A stretch of DNA of 64,000 bases from Trichoplax sp. H2 (GCA_003344405.1 NOWV01000017.1:620001-684000), one strand, 5' to 3'. Positions 13,632 through 29,304 are shown, counted from the stretch's first letter. Notes: a model not told the origin generated them from the letters alone. A program made the numbers and translations.

Positions 13632-15305
13632 ATGGCAGGAGGTATGGAGGAAGCTGTTGACATGATCCAGGCGATTAAGTCAAGCAGTACGCCATCAGAA
13701 TCCTATCAACGTTTTCATCAATTTGTTCAATGGTTGATTAAGACTATAGAAGATCACAGATTGGCCAATTCCAATATTGAAAAACTAGTCTTGATGCTAC
13801 ATGAACTGGCTCGAGAGTTAACCAATTATCGCTTAACGTTACCGCATGCAGTCGCTGAAGGCCAACGCGGCGGCATACACGTAATTTTATATAATATGAC
13901 ATGCTGGTGTATTCAATTAATTAACGCTCTAAAAGAGAATTGTTCTACAGACAAGTTAAATTTCATATTAGAAGCCACTACCCAAGCAGCGTTGGTTTAT
14001 GCTGGACTAATTACTATTGCAGCATCGGGTAGTAATAGCAGCAATATCATCGGGCCTAGCCTTGATAACACTTCTGACGTTGACAAAGATATCAACATAG
14101 ACAATTGTCAGAGTGCTTCACGGCCTGCCGTTTCGGCACAAGGTATCGACGATAGCAACATCGCTAGCAAAAGTGGAAATTCTAGTCCAAGTCAATACGA
14201 ACCTCATCAAAGCCGCACCATCGCCAATAAATATTCTAACCTTGGCCAAAAAGAGCTTACTAGCAAAACCCTTGAATCGACGACGTTAAAAGAGAACGAG
14301 GTCAATGTCACACAACCATCATGCGAGAAAGAGAAGAAGTCTCGAAAATCTGTTGAGGAAGACACCACCACCATAGTCAGTAATACGCGATCTGATGATG
14401 ACAACAGCCAACGATCCAAACGTGCATTAAAATCAAGTAAACGTGGTAATGATCGATTTGAAGTCCGAGAACCAACGAGCATCAAAACTTCCAGTAAGAA
14501 AAGCAATTTTTCTGTTAGTTACTTATTAAGCACTGCTTCTAATAAACAACGAAGTAATGTCAGTACAGGTAGCAAAAACAATTCTCCTTCAGATGAAGAT
14601 AGAGTTACAAGATCGGATACTCTACTCCGCACTACAAACGTCATGAGATTAAACACTCCTCGTGCAGTTCTACCCGGCAATAGCAACACTACACAACCAT
14701 CCACCTTTATTAATCGGCCCTTACTAACTTATCATCCATCACAACATCCGATGATAGTAAATGCGTCTAATAACAACGGACATCAAGCGCCAGTCTATTT
14801 GGCCGGCCCAAAAGTTGAAGGATTATATTACTACATGCAAACGCCAGTGGTGACATCAATTACCGGTCATACCAACATAAATACTCCAATTACCCCAAGC
14901 AGGGGTGAAATTCGTCCAGACCAAGCGAGCACAAGCAGCCAACATCATACTCCACGTGAGGAAGAGTTACGTGGAAATTTCTTTACTAGTAACAAAGTAT
15001 CGACGTTCGACGACAAGGACTATCTTCGTAAAGAAATTTCCAGTCCAGAATCGAGCTCCGCAATAACTGGACTTCGTGCTGGCGATCCACAGTCTAATGA
15101 AAGTAGAACTGGCAAATTATACCAGTGTGAAGTTTGTACAAAAACCTTTGGCCGCGCTTATTCACTAACTCGTCATAGACGTATCCACACTGGCGAGAAA
15201 CCCTACCATTGCGTCGTTTGTGGCAAATCATTCACCCAATCGTATCATTTAAAGATCCATATGAAAACCCATAGTCGTGATCGACATCGATCAAGGGAGG
15301 TTTAA
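13632..15305 (+). CDS. C2H2 zinc-finger transcription factor, 2 fingers, eh1 motif, N-terminal helical domain (cluster gene 2)
   Basis: Long ORF with first ATG at 13632 (the track starts at TTG 13629). Two fingers at 15120-15272 match fingers 1-2 of gene 1. FSVSYLL at 14508-14528. Confidence 0.9.
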   Translation: MAGGMEEAVDMIQAIKSSSTPSESYQRFHQFVQWLIKTIEDHRLANSNIEKLVLMLHELARELTNYRLTLPHAVAEGQRGGIHVILYNMTCWCIQLINALKENCSTDKLNFILEATTQAALVYAGLITIAASGSNSSNIIGPSLDNTSDVDKDINIDNCQSASRPAVSAQGIDDSNIASKSGNSSPSQYEPHQSRTIANKYSNLGQKELTSKTLESTTLKENEVNVTQPSCEKEKKSRKSVEEDTTTIVSNTRSDDDNSQRSKRALKSSKRGNDRFEVREPTSIKTSSKKSNFSVSYLLSTASNKQRSNVSTGSKNNSPSDEDRVTRSDTLLRTTNVMRLNTPRAVLPGNSNTTQPSTFINRPLLTYHPSQHPMIVNASNNNGHQAPVYLAGPKVEGLYYYMQTPVVTSITGHTNINTPITPSRGEIRPDQASTSSQHHTPREEELRGNFFTSNKVSTFDDKDYLRKEISSPESSSAITGLRAGDPQSNESRTGKLYQCEVCTKTFGRAYSLTRHRRIHTGEKPYHCVVCGKSFTQSYHLKIHMKTHSRDRHRSREV

Positions 15306-18300
15306 GAAGAATCTTCGGACATGGTAACTATTACTTTATGGTAATATGTGTACAGGATACAGGATGAATACAGCACAGCCAGACTTGGAATCAGATGTAT
15401 GTACATATATACAGTATATATAGCGCTGTAAAAGTGATTTAAATTTTAATTTCAAAAATTGAAAAGTCGATTCATCAGTATTGTATTTAATATTTTGAAA
15501 AATTTTTTATGTCGATCACTTTTCTAGAAGCGATGCCCATTGTTTGGTAGTATATCGTACAGTGAACAGTATTTATATACATTTCTATACAGTATGATAT
15601 CAAATAAGTGAAGATAAATCTTTTTGATTAGGAGTTATTTATGTAAAATGAAATGAGCGATTCCCTAGCCCTTTGTACATACTGTAGTAATGTCGTAGCT
15701 TGATTTTCTACAGTATTGGCAATTACTTCTTTATCATTTATTTGTACAAGAATTAATTTAAAGTTTAAAATTTATTTGAGTTGTAAAAATCTACAACGCA
15801 CAAGCCTTCTTTTCTCGACATTTTTTGAGTAGTGGTGATCTATGCGCACAAATTTTTATTGTTGACCAGAGAGAATCTAAAATTTCTTTCTAGAAATTTG
15901 CTCTCATCGTTCGAGCAACATGTAACATATCGAAAAAGAAAATAACTCAATTCAAAATGCATATTGCTGATTTATTTACATATATTGTCCGTGTCAAGCA
16001 TTACATTGAGATAAGAAGATAATTTATCCTAAAATTAGAAAGTGACGAATTTATATACGTCATAGAAATGAATGTAAATTTTTTTGATATATAGTGTCGT
16101 TTGTACTTCACCAATGCACTCTTAAAGCTATCGAAACATTTCAAATTTTTCAATCTCACGCTATACAGCATTATAAACCTTCTGATACGGTCGTTTTTGT
16201 ACAGCAATAAATCTTATTTGTTACTTCCTAACTTCGTTCGATTTTTGTCATTAACCTTAATAAGCTAAATTGTGTTCTTGCACGCCTATCGGAAATGTAC
16301 ACAGCACTGCACAGTGCAGTATAGCGCTTTAGTCTATTATACTGTAGTGATCTACGCCGATACAATACAAGGAAATTTGTATTGTTATCTACCAGTTAGC
16401 TACCTAAATTTTGACAGTATTGGCATTAGTATCTGCACGTATTCTAAATTGTTTCTGATGCCAACCTTGTAACAATTAGAGTTTCTCTTATCACGGATCT
16501 TCAGAGAAATCTTTGATCCTCTTTGACTTAGTTTGATGGCTCTATAAAAATTACGCAGTGCATTGATGTGATATGAACACACTTTACAGTGCACTGTACA
16601 TCCCCTGTAGCAAATGTTAAGTTATACAAGTGGATAAATCAACGCGTAGTACACTAACAGGCGCCTTTTATTGCAGTCGTCACACCTCAGATACGTATTT
16701 AAGTTTTACGTTAAGAATTTGGTGATGCAGTCGATTTTGTGCCAACACAGATTCTGTTCGCGATTTCTAATAACGGTTGAACCTGCATGATTTACTGAAA
16801 TTATACAGTTTCAAATGTAATCTCGTATGTTAAACAATGAGTGAAAGTCGTCTATGCTTCTAATTATTGTTGACCGGCATGTAAGTATTACGAGAGAATC
16901 GTACGTTAAATTTACAGTATATTCCCGTTTACATCACGTACTTTAATTACCGATTACGAAATCATAACGGTCCCCTTTTTTCGACGGTAACCTGAATCAC
17001 TGATATGAAATGAAATAATGAAGTGAAATCCAATTCATCAGTAAAACAGCAATTTAAATTTGCAGTGCACATCCGTTTGTAAAGAGGCCTATATAATAAT
17101 GTTGCACAATGCACATAGTTGGAGACTGCACTGTTAATACAGCATACAGTAATTTCCAATTACTAAATGCAGACAGTCTTATTCCCAACCCTGTTTCATG
17201 TTTGTGTTGTCGAAAAAAAACACGGCAACGGTAAAAAAAATAATAATATCGAACCCATACATGTATTGGTATTTTTATACTCTTTACTTACAGTATATCT
17301 TCCACTCAGTTGTAATGTGCCATATACGAGCACGTACTGTATGTCATACAGTATCACAAATTCTGCATTTAACTCTTAATTTCAGCGATAACATTGTGCA
17401 GTCTGTCATAGCCAATTGGTAAACGACATATATACAATACGAGCATTTTGACAGAGATAAAAATAACGTGATAGATTTTTGATTTCTAAAGTATGAAATA
17501 AGGAAAGCACATGCAGATGCTCGCCACCTTGAATCAACTAACAGATAACCATACACAGTTTAGAAGGAGAAACTTCACAAGGGTACGTTTCGTTGCTACA
17601 TATGCAGAAGTAGTGCTACAATTTTTGAAGTTATACAGTAAAGTAGTTAGTTATAAGGAGGCTCTCGGAATTACGCCTTGTATATTATCATATGCGTATG
17701 CAATATGTACAGTATAGCAACATATACAACGTATTACGGCAAAGTCCTAAGCATCATAGACAACAGTAATAAGCCAGTGAACAATTTATTTCTCCCTCTA
17801 AAAGAGTACAGTACAGTATGCTGTTCAAACTGAGCTCATATTAACAATAACAAAGTATTTGCCCAATACATTCTACAGAATAGTACAGTATAACTACGTC
17901 AGTTAGAATTTTAGGAGTCGCAATTTTAACATGAGATAAGTAAAAATAATAAAAACTACTCGGATATTAAACTATAGAACTGCATGTTCTTAGCGTGAAA
18001 AGGAAAAAATTAAAAATCGTATAGTGAGTAATTCATGATCAATAATTATGATCAATTATCCAGTTATACGCTTGTGCCATGATTCCGACACAGAACTCTG
18101 CCTGATATTATTTCGAAATAAATCAGTCTATCTGCTGAAAATCAACAATACGATTTTATTATATAGAAGGAACACATTAAAATTTATATATATTTTGTAT
18201 ACGTGCTATCTGGAGCACATCGAATCCAACTGATAAATAAATTTTACAGGTAGTAGGTTACTTTCGAGATAAATTCTCATCGAGAACTGATGCAGTAAAA

Positions 18301-19104
18301 TGATACGGAGACCTTTAATGTAGGCAAATGAATACTGTAAAGAACTTCATAGTAAGAATTAAGCAATACACAGTAACCTCTAAATTGAGGTATTTTGATT
18401 TGTAATTGATAACGCTTACTTAAATAACGGATTCCAACTCTGGTGCTAAGCACAGAATAATGGTAATAAAATTAATTATATTTCTAAGTTAGAGAACAAT
18501 GTTGGCTTTTGCAGCAACCATTATGAACATACTGGGCTATATTCTTACTGTACAGTAAAATATAGCCAGTAAATTAGGATACGAATCTTCATCCTCACTG
18601 AATCACTGAATAAATAAGTAGATATATTCGAATAGCGATACTGGGTCACAGTCTAATCAACTGTAGTTCTTAACTTTTTGATTCTGTACAGTTATCGTAA
18701 TTTTCAATTTTTAAGTCTCTATCTTTATGAAGTTAACTAGCAGACTACCCCTTCAAATGAACGGGAATTAAAGTTCAAAGCAAACGCATGACTTATGCAA
18801 AAGTCATGAGGTAATCAGTACAGCATGTAAACAGTATTTAAATCGAGCAAAATGTATATATGTTTTTTGGCTACATGTAATGCTATGGTATACTAAATGG
18901 CAATTATACAGTATGTACCGCATAAGTGTAAGTTGCTGCGATCGCAAGAGAACTTACATAGTCCTCTTGTGGAACATTTCTAGATTACGAGCTAGTACAA
19001 AGATAAAAGTTCACAGTGTATACAGCCCCCCCCCCAAAAAAAAAATTGAGAAAATACAAATACTGTGTTGCAGTGATCTGAAGTATTAATACGGTACAGT
19101 AATG

Positions 19105-19121
19105 CTAACCCTAACCCTAAC
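19105..19121 (-). repeat. Short interstitial telomere-like (TTAGGG)n tract
   Basis: CTAACCCTAACCCTAAC on the plus strand. Confidence 0.6.
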
Positions 19122-20444
19122 TATATTACTGTACTTTACTGTAAAATTTTTAGAATCGTATGTTTGCAATATAGCATGACACAATTGATTGCAAACAACG
19201 CTGTGTATACCGATATGTGATAGCTATCATGGAGTAAATATGTTAGACTGTAAAAAAGTAATACAGGTATCCTTATGCTATTATCTCCTCTGCTTTTACG
19301 GTAAATGTCATTTTCATTTTCTTGTCACTGTGCATAATGAGTGATATCAGTTAATTTTTTTTATCTTTGAGCGGTGTACATCTAGTGTATTACTATAGTA
19401 GTTAACATTCACCATGATGTTTCTCGTAAGTTGATTACAATCATATTCACCACTTTTACCTATCGCACACTCGCGCGTAACTCTACGTACAGTACGTGCA
19501 CGTAAATCAAATCTTAGTTTAATCTGATAAGGGATATCAGAATATTGTAATTTCGGAAAAGCGAAATTTAAAAAAAACTTTTTTGGTGAAATTTGCATAC
19601 CTTGATGTTGTTATTAGAGTTCTACGAGTTATAAGTTAAAAAGGTTGATGCGTTGTCTTTAATGTGTACGAATGACTCAATTCACTGTCAGTAACTGTAT
19701 TCGCGTACTGAGTCGAAATGAGCAAGCGATACATCCAGACTTCTTGTCTGATTATGCAATATAGATGTACAGCCCAGTACGCGTTGGATGCATAACCTAA
19801 AAACTTTTTGCCTTATGATAGATTAAATATCTAAAATTAAGTACTTTTTATAGAATAATCTACGTGAATTGCAAATTCATTGCAATTTTTTTTTCTTATA
19901 GATATATTTTATTTATTTTATATAATGGTCATAGAAAATATAGTAAGGTATCATGGTCAGTAGCCACAATAGAAATACGCAACTATGGGGTACTGACAAT
20001 CTTCGTGAACTGTAATTAATTAGTAAACTTGCAAATTGTTTTTTAAAGCTATGTGCCTGTCAAACTATGACCGGCCCAGGCTGATAATTGTTTGCCCGAT
20101 GAAAGCATCAATAAAAACAATAGGCTGAGCTATTAAAAACATTATATTTCCCACAAGTACCTCGCCAGTATTATTGTTGTTTTGTAATATAACATACATA
20201 CTCCATTGTTTTTATGTTGTAAAGCACATGTAAAACAAGTTTAACCTGTCATTCATCCCTGTCAATTACAATTACGTATTGTTAACGTTGTAGTTGACCG
20301 GGACTTCGTGTTGTTACTGTAAATGGTACATTACTAGTGTATGACCATATGGCCATGATGACTATGACTTACTATTCTATAGTTATGGTTTCTATGGTCA
20401 CGGCGCATGCGTTTTTCGCTCAAGCATTAGACACTAGGATTGCG

Positions 20445-21300
20445 TTTACAGTACTGTACTGTAAGTGTTACTGTACAGTATGACCCGGTTACGACTTGGC
20501 TTGTACTGTACAGTACAGTACTTTTACAGAATGCGAATGGTCAACACATGGTACTTAGTATTGAGTACTGGACGCAGAATTTTTTCCTAGTATGAAAAAA
20601 TTGTGACAATACCTTTGAAAAGATCCATAGCACAGTACAAACTACAAAGTGTAAAATGAATGTCAAGATGATAGTGTGCGGTAGTCTGCTTTGCTAGTTC
20701 CAAATATTCAGTATATATTATTCTACAGATTCTTTATCCTCCACTTTATACAGTACTAGTGAATTTTTCTTTTATGGTTGAGACCATTAATTGAAGTGAA
20801 AAAATTGTTTTTTTATTCGATACGTGTGATACGATACGCTACGGTTTTCTCCTTTGTACAGTACAGTACAGTATAGTGTACCTGTATTGAAAACTCTTGG
20901 ACGGACAGATGCTATCAACCTCATCTCGTTACCAAACACTGCGCTATGGCGGTACTTTAGTAAGCAGACGGTAGATTTTGAATTGACTGATGATATCTAA
21001 ATTAAAGTAATATTACGTTGAATCTTATTATTTGTTACAGAGTTCTGCTTGAAAAAGTTATATAGAAGATTGTAAATGCTATTTAAATTAGTACCTGTGA
21101 TTTAGAAAACAGAAATGGAAAATCCATAGTAAGTAGTCATTTTTCGATATTTACGACCTCATTTGGTAAGAAAAGTCCACCTGTCCGAGGGAGTGATCAG
21201 TCCAGGTCTTGTTCTAGTTGTCTACTGTACAGTTGTACTGTATACAGTACAGTACAGTGTACACTGTACAGTACATGTACTCGTATGTAATGTACTGTTT
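20445..21300. repeat. TACAG/CTGTA arrays with no adjacent ORF
   Basis: Arrays at about 20445-20530, 20855-20885 and 21222-21298. Confidence 0.75.
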
Positions 21301-24300
21301 TAGGGTTCAACAGTCGGTTCGATTTGTCGAATCTGGTTATTATTCGGTTCGGTTCGAGAGTTTGTATGTAGAATGTGATTAATTTGAAAATTTAAATCGA
21401 AGTTTTTTGTAGTGTTCGATACGTACTGTAAGTGAAATGTACCGTAAAAAAATGTACTATAGGTTTTGATCATAAAGGTAAAAAAAGAACCTCTACCTCT
21501 ATGGATTTGATTGCTGTTGTGTTGACCACTGTTACGGCGGCGTGACTTGTATGCTGGTTGAACCGACCGTACATGTACCAGTGACTGTTGGTTTGTATTA
21601 GAATTTCAAAGAAAATGAAATAACTTAATGCTGCAGTAAAAATTAATAGAAACATCGAGAGCCAATTACTCAAGGTTGTAATGATCTATTTATGTGGAAT
21701 TTGAGCCGAATTTAATGTAAATGCCTTGAAAATTTAAAAGATCTAAACTTTCAACCAGAGAGCTCACCACGCCTCTGAAATAGTGGTCTTAAAGCAACAT
21801 CAGTACATTTTTACTTTACTGTACTTGTACTGTATGTGCGCAGAACCACGGAGCACCGTTCGAACTCAGTCCAATTTCGAGCCGCACTAGAAACATTACC
21901 ATGGCGGAGTAAAGAGAAAGAGAGGGACTAGGAAGCCATTTTCAGTACAAAATAATATCGAGGCTAATCATTTTCCCGGTCATTCCGTTAAATGGTAGCA
22001 ATGAATTCATCTATTATACTGCACAAAATCAACTTCGCAGCATGTTTGCAGCTAATTTAGATGCGAATATTGGACAGTACACTAAAGTGTACCACTGTAG
22101 ACGTGCGATATAGTTGAAATGACTAGTAAAAATAACCAGCCTCCACATTATTAGTATAGTGAACGACCATTTCTTGTCCCTCTCATTCCCTTTAGTAGTC
22201 CCTGACACTACATACTATAGAGGGGAGAAAAAAATAGAGTTCTAAAAAATCAGGGACTTACTACTAAGAAGTTCTTAAGACGGACCGACAACAGGTGTAG
22301 CGGTACTCTTATGAACTATGAATCATAGGGTATTATTACAGGACTTTATTGGACTTTATACCACTATGACACAGCAACTACAAAGTGCCGAAAGATAAAG
22401 GCAAAATAATACAAATATCATGTGATAAGTTAAAACAAAGAACAAAGATGGCGTTGTATTCCTTTGATCTATTTCCGAAACACTCCAGATCTAGAATAAA
22501 CAATAGTAGACTATTCATCATTGTTAAGTAATTTAACCCGTATTTCGAGATAGCACTCCACCAGCGACTGTATTCAGTACGCAGGGCTGTATGCTGTACT
22601 ATACTGTATTGTAGATTTATTACGAAAAACTTTGAAGATAGTATAGAGACTTAAATTAGCACCCGATTTCAATGGATATACCACCTTACTTGTTACCTAT
22701 ACTACTTAGTACAGTACTATGCAAATGTTTATCATACACGGTTGCTGACGTAGATAATTACAATATCAAAACTCGAATTGCATACATCCACGATATCGTT
22801 CAATGTTATCAAGCACTAGGATTGGCACTATCTTAACTCCTTTACGCAATTATGAACTTGATACACAATTTAGATAGATAAACGTCAAAGTTTTTATCTT
22901 CAATCTTAGTTAAGTAAAATTTAAAATTCAAACACACAGGTCTTTGTAATCCACTGATGCAACGCCCATTTGCTCGTTGGAATATTGCAGTCGTTTTAGA
23001 TTGTTCTCTATATCACTACGATATATGAGAATAGCCTTACACGTAAGTTTCGTTCTACCGCTAACATATCACTTGAAATAAAATCATGGGTCATTACGGA
23101 ATCAGCTTTCGGTATGTCAAGAACCTGATTATCGAGTATCAGATGATGTTACATCATTGGAGTTCTCAATACTACATTTTAATGAATTCATTAGTTCGTT
23201 GTCTCGAAGGCTTCTTACTATCACAAACGCTATACAGATTTGAAAACTTTCTTGGATATTATCTTTCCATCTCATGCCAAATAGCATAAAAGAAATAAAT
23301 TTAGTAATTCTTAAACTTTATCTGACGTAATTACCTTATTATCAAAATTAAGATTACAAAATATACTCGTATGTCTGAGTATAGCTCCACGTACTCGTGC
23401 ACTAAATGAGGCTTTTTATTGTGTCGAAAGGATATCCATTCAAATGTTAAAAATGTTTATGCTATAGGTGAAGAGCTCCTTAAATTGGCAATTTTGATTA
23501 TCTTAAAAGCTGTTAATGTCTACCATGTCAACAATTTGTTGATACTTTCGATACTATTCATGGCTATTAAGGTATTAAATAATACCAGTATCAATTTCTA
23601 GGTCATCTACAGTAAATGTATCACTACTCACAAGGGTTTGGTACTAGTCCGCTTAAACTCTATAAATTTCAGGTACGTAACAATAGTCCCTGATGAACAT
23701 TGTATTGTATTAACAGTCTTCACAGTTAATTAACACTGTACTGCAGCTCGTGTATGTAGCTGTGGTATGGCGATAAGTTCCGTTTAAGTCTACGTAATGG
23801 TATCTTTCAATATCCTCTCTGATATTTCTAATGACAAGTATGCTATCAGTGCTGTTAATTATCGTCAGGAATTTCAGGGGAAATTGATAGACCATTTGAC
23901 CGATATGATGACATATAAATGATTGTAACTGGTCTAGACTTTCGTTTAATCTAATCTTACCATTGAACCAATTTTAGTCAAGTGAAAAACACGAGTTTAG
24001 GGTAATATATAAGTATGTATACTTATATCCTTAAACGTTTATACGATCTGATCAACCCAACACGACAACATGTTCGATATTCATATTTCTGTTTAGTATT
24101 ATCGGACTAACCTGCAATGTTTCAGCTTGATGATTTTTCTATCATAAATATTAAAGATGGTTATCGTCACACCGTACCTTTCTTTACCGCCATTTTTTTT
24201 TCTTTTTCGTTATAATAGCATAAGCGAAATCAGAGATGAATGTCGTAAAGCATAACCGCCTAGTATCGTATCTGCTAACAAAATTAACGATATATCTAAC

Positions 24301-27300
24301 GTAAGAATTAAAATGAAATTTGGCAGCTTCTCAAGTGTTAGACGATAAAGTTGACTGACAATGTGTTAATAAGTTTCAGATACAATTAAAAATGTTAGCA
24401 TGAGAAATAAGCTCGTGCTATCAAGACGTTATTTCATGTAAAATTTATAACTATACATGCAAACCATCAAACTATGTCTTAACATAAATTAAATTCTCAC
24501 AGAAATATTGTAATTGTGCAAAATTAATAGATGTTAGCGAATAAAAAAGATTGATCAAGTTCTTAGTCAGGAACGAAATAAATCGAAGTTTTCAGCCTTG
24601 ATAGTTCTTACACTAGTGATCAAATGAAGTGTAATACATCACTTTCTAGAAAACATACATTGATGTATTTCTCTTTTTCTTGTGTAGATCATACTGTAAA
24701 CTGCATATTGTACGCTAGTAATAGTAGTAAGCGTTATGTCATCCTAGGATGATCAATTGAAGAAACATAACTTCCTAAAATAAAATTCCAAATGATAAAA
24801 TACCAATTCTAATCTTTCTAGAATTACATTAACGAATAAATTATACTGTATATTTACGTAAGGCAAGCTTCATCTTCAAAGGACAGCCAGCTAATAATTC
24901 CCAAAGTATAAAGACAATTTGAATATTTTTCGTGAGAGCCTTACAGGCTGATTACGTGCACGGAATGCTTAAAAATAGTAAAATAAAGAGAAGAGATGTT
25001 TCCCAGACAATTATAACAATACATAGAGAAATTATGACATGAGTAAACTTGCTGCTTAGTGATTACTGCTAACAATACGTAAACGATCATCTGACCCTGA
25101 CGCTGTAACGGCTTCTCTACAGTGTGTATGTACTACTATCAATAATAAATTCTTTAAAATAATATTCATAGCCAAGAATATCAATTCACTAACAATATTA
25201 TCATAAACTTTTTGGATTAAATACCAATTAATATTTCATAGAATCTCCTTTAATCAAGAAAAGGTAGCATGCCAATCTAGATAGATTGTACGTGTAAACA
25301 ATATCTGATAAAAACTTCTGTAAATACTTTGCGTTAAATAAGCAAAGAAAGTTTACTGAAAACATACTAAGCTGTCGCAATAAATCCTATACAGACTATA
25401 GGATTGAACAGGTCAAATTATTGACTATCTACTACTGGTACAAATTACTAAAGAACTTTTTGCTCACTCTCAGTGAGATGATCTTTGTCCAGTGTTAAAT
25501 AGCTTATTGTTTCTGGTCGTCGTTTATGCTAAATTAACAACGTGACTTTCTAATGTTGTTAGAGGCTCCATGAGTACAACAGCGATGTAATTTTTTTTCA
25601 ATTAACTACTTAAAGTATCTCACTAATATACATAATCGAATAAAAATGTTGTCTTACTTGGATTGAGGCATTATCGAACAACTACGGCTGGATACCAATT
25701 TCAACTGAATAATTAGTTGACCTCGACATAAAATAGCGCCAACGGTATGAAATGACAATCAAACCAACGAAAGCTTGCTGCAATCCTGTAGACTGAATTT
25801 TGCTATGATCAAGTGATAAATAAATTAATTAGAGCATGTCTGAACTTTAGACTGGTCGTTAGTTATAGTCTAAAGTAAAACATCCAGATTACATAACTGT
25901 TGACCAGTTCTCTAAGGCAAATTTGCACAACATGTTAATAAATATTTCACAAATTAGAAGCCAAACGCTGATTTATTATTAAATAAAAAATGAACTTCAT
26001 AACAGAAAATATTGATCCTTATGATCTCTTTGATACCGATATTTGTCTCCATGATTAAATTTAGTAATTATCTTTAAGAAATAGACTCGTATACCTTTTC
26101 ATTGTATTCAGACACTAAAAATGTGATTATAGCTCAAAATTCACAGCGACATTTGATAAAGCAGTTTTGATCGTGAATGCAGCAGAGTAGTGCCTTTGTG
26201 TAAGAAAAAATTATTCACACCAATTAATAGAATCTAGTTTAAAATTATTATACACTTATTGGCACTACCATACAATACGAGTACTCTAGAAGCTCACTAC
26301 GACATCAAATTAAAAACTATATCAGCTTTCATCTATTTAAATTCGCATATACGTCGATTTTGATGCTTCATAAATGTACAGTACGTTTATCTCTGCTTTT
26401 CATGATCATAATTATCAACCTTTACTCACAATTGTTAGTACATCCATAATTATTAAGTTACCTTCTCCGATATTGCAATAACTTCTTATCAATTCTTTTA
26501 TCGTATACTTTGTTACAATGAAATACACCATTTTAAAGGCATGAACAGCATTCATAGCTGTAAAGATAAAATTAATTACAAGCGTAATAAGAAAGTGGTA
26601 ACCCTACATCGGTTAATGTATAAAGCTACAGAATCTCATAAGAATCGTTTACTAACGAAAAATGGGAAAAATTTATGTTTTCCTCAAACGAATTAGTGGA
26701 AAAGTTCATTCAGTTGCATAATACACTCAATAGTATCATTGAATGTTAACTTTTCAAAATGAAATGTTTTATATAGCAACGATGCCGAATATTAAAGAGT
26801 TTTTTTTATAAAGAACGATCATAAAAAATTTATGCAAGATATTACTAGCGTTCTTCTAAGCTCAAATTATAAAACTTTAAAAACAGTTTAGTTATTGTAC
26901 TCTTAAGGTATAAATCTTACCTAGTTCTATTTTCTTTGCTAAAATATTTCGGTCCATTAAAGACACTTTTTCATTGCCTACATGTTAATATACTTATCGA
27001 AAAATTAATTAATGTACAACTTAAGAATTTTCATTCACCTTTATTTATATTACTTCGCTATCTTGATTAGGCCTTCGAGGTGATACTGTAAGTAATTCCT
27101 AACTTAGATTGTAATTTTAAATTAAAGAATACCATGTTTAATTACAGTAATGCATTGAGTCTTTTAATTAACGGCAGCTAAGTAAATATGTGATCACCAA
27201 AAACAACCGATTTCGTACCAATTGTAACCATCATTCTCTTTAGTGAACATCGCAACCCAATCGTACTTTAATCATCTCGACGGCCGGAATCTAGTGAATA

Positions 27301-29304
27301 ATGATCATGATCGATGCACCCAAATTGTATGATATTTGCACTTAGTAAATCAGCGATATTGTCAATATTAAACTCACTCATACTCAAGCTACTTCGGTTT
27401 GATTTAAGATTTCAGCCAGTGTATTGAGCATTAACGTTCTAAGATAGTTTCTCGCTATGATTTGTTAGAAAGTGAAGTAGTTTAAATCTTCTGGCTGCAA
27501 GACTGAAAAAATCTATGAATTTACGTTAGATAGCTCCTACAAGTCGAGCATATGTACGGTAATTTTCGTATATGTTAATGTAAGTAATGATTTTTCGTAA
27601 TTGGATAATCACGGTTCGTCATTGAACATTACTTGTGTTGAAAACGTGAAATAAACATTTTCTAGCGGTAAATGCATAGAATAGCTGCTATAGGGCTATT
27701 GCACAGTAATAATGACTATCGAATGAAGATAAACTAACACTATAAGCAAACAGACCAATCATAAAGAAGATATTACACAACTTAAAGCTGTCTTATATTA
27801 TGATACAGGACTAGCATTGTACAATTATAGCTGCAAACAATAGAGCTAGTATACGGTTCATTAGTTGACATTATTTTTCGTTGATATATACATGAGCCGT
27901 ATAAATATTCAGCACAATACAATCATTTATATACAGTATATACATTACCTTAGTCAGTTAGATATTGTAATACAACTTATGTTTAATAAGAATTTACATG
28001 AAAATGAAAATGAACTAGAGCGCACTACAACGTACCGCGTTTACTCATAATAATTTATAATAGAGCGCTACTACGGGTACATATGTAATCGAGTAATTTT
28101 TTGTAACAGTAGGTGTGCTGCTTAGACTATATTTGCAACTTTCCATGCCGGATCGCACAATTCGGTCTTAGCAGTAATAAATTCACAACCATTTTCCAAG
28201 TTTCAAACATGGAAAGAAAAGAGAGTAAACTAACCTGACCAGCTGGATTCAAATTAAAAGTGTAGTTTATTTTGCTATGACACTCGTGGTTTTATATTTT
28301 CAATTTGCAAATTATACAACAGGTGGAAAATGCACGCGTAAGTTCCATCTATATCGACACAGGATTATTGAAAAAATGAACAGATGGATTATTATATTAC
28401 ATACGAAATATGTCAGTCTAAGAAATGAAATTGTACAGTGATATCAATATGTCTGTTAAGGTAATTTAACGATAGGTAGAAAGTAGTAAAATTTTTAATA
28501 TATGATCTATGATACGCATATGTTAAATAAATATTATTTATATACTTTTTTAAGTTGTTCTAATAACCAATTGTCTTATTGGATTGCAATGACTATATTT
28601 TCTATACAAGTTACTACCTAAACACCATCCTCAATTTTAATTACTACGATCAGACCATATCGGAATAAAAATTAATTATTACAATCTTTTCTAAAGAGAA
28701 ATTTGCGTTTTACTCATATTGATTCCCCAATAGAGTCTTCAATTACAAATATATAGCATAGGTTTTAAGAATATAATCGATATTTTATAACATTTGCAGT
28801 ACTACAGGATAACTTAGCAAGTAATATTAGAACAATAATAGTATTCAGAAGAGAAGAAAGGTTTCTTTGTGAATATTTTCATTAATTGTAAAATTTAAAG
28901 CGCGGACATTTAAAACGCTTTAATCGAGTAAACTTTAGTTTAGAGTAAGCTAGTTTCACTGCGTAACTGAATTTATGACTGATTTAGTTCGAAAAGAGAG
29001 AGATTAGAATGTATACACAAGATGTGTTCCAACTATTTCAGGCTAGTCTCGATGCGTAGTTTACAATTTAATCGTCCATTTGAGTTTTTCGATGAGTAAC
29101 GTAGTTTTAATGTCGATGCATATGCTAATGTTAAGAGTCGATGTCACTTATTTCTCGTTCAAGCATACTTGACTAACTAATGATGATTATAGCATTAAAA
29201 TAGAAGATGATACCTACGGGTATGAGTCATGAAGTGATGTCATGATGTCATTGTTTGATTACTGTGATATATAAGCGTAAGTCCGCTCTATTCTTCTCTA
29301 CAAA

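Noticed and set aside
15296-15340. Splice donor allowing gene 2 to continue into more fingers
   Set aside because: The in-ORF donor is weak (GTTTAA) and no downstream finger-coding exon was seen.
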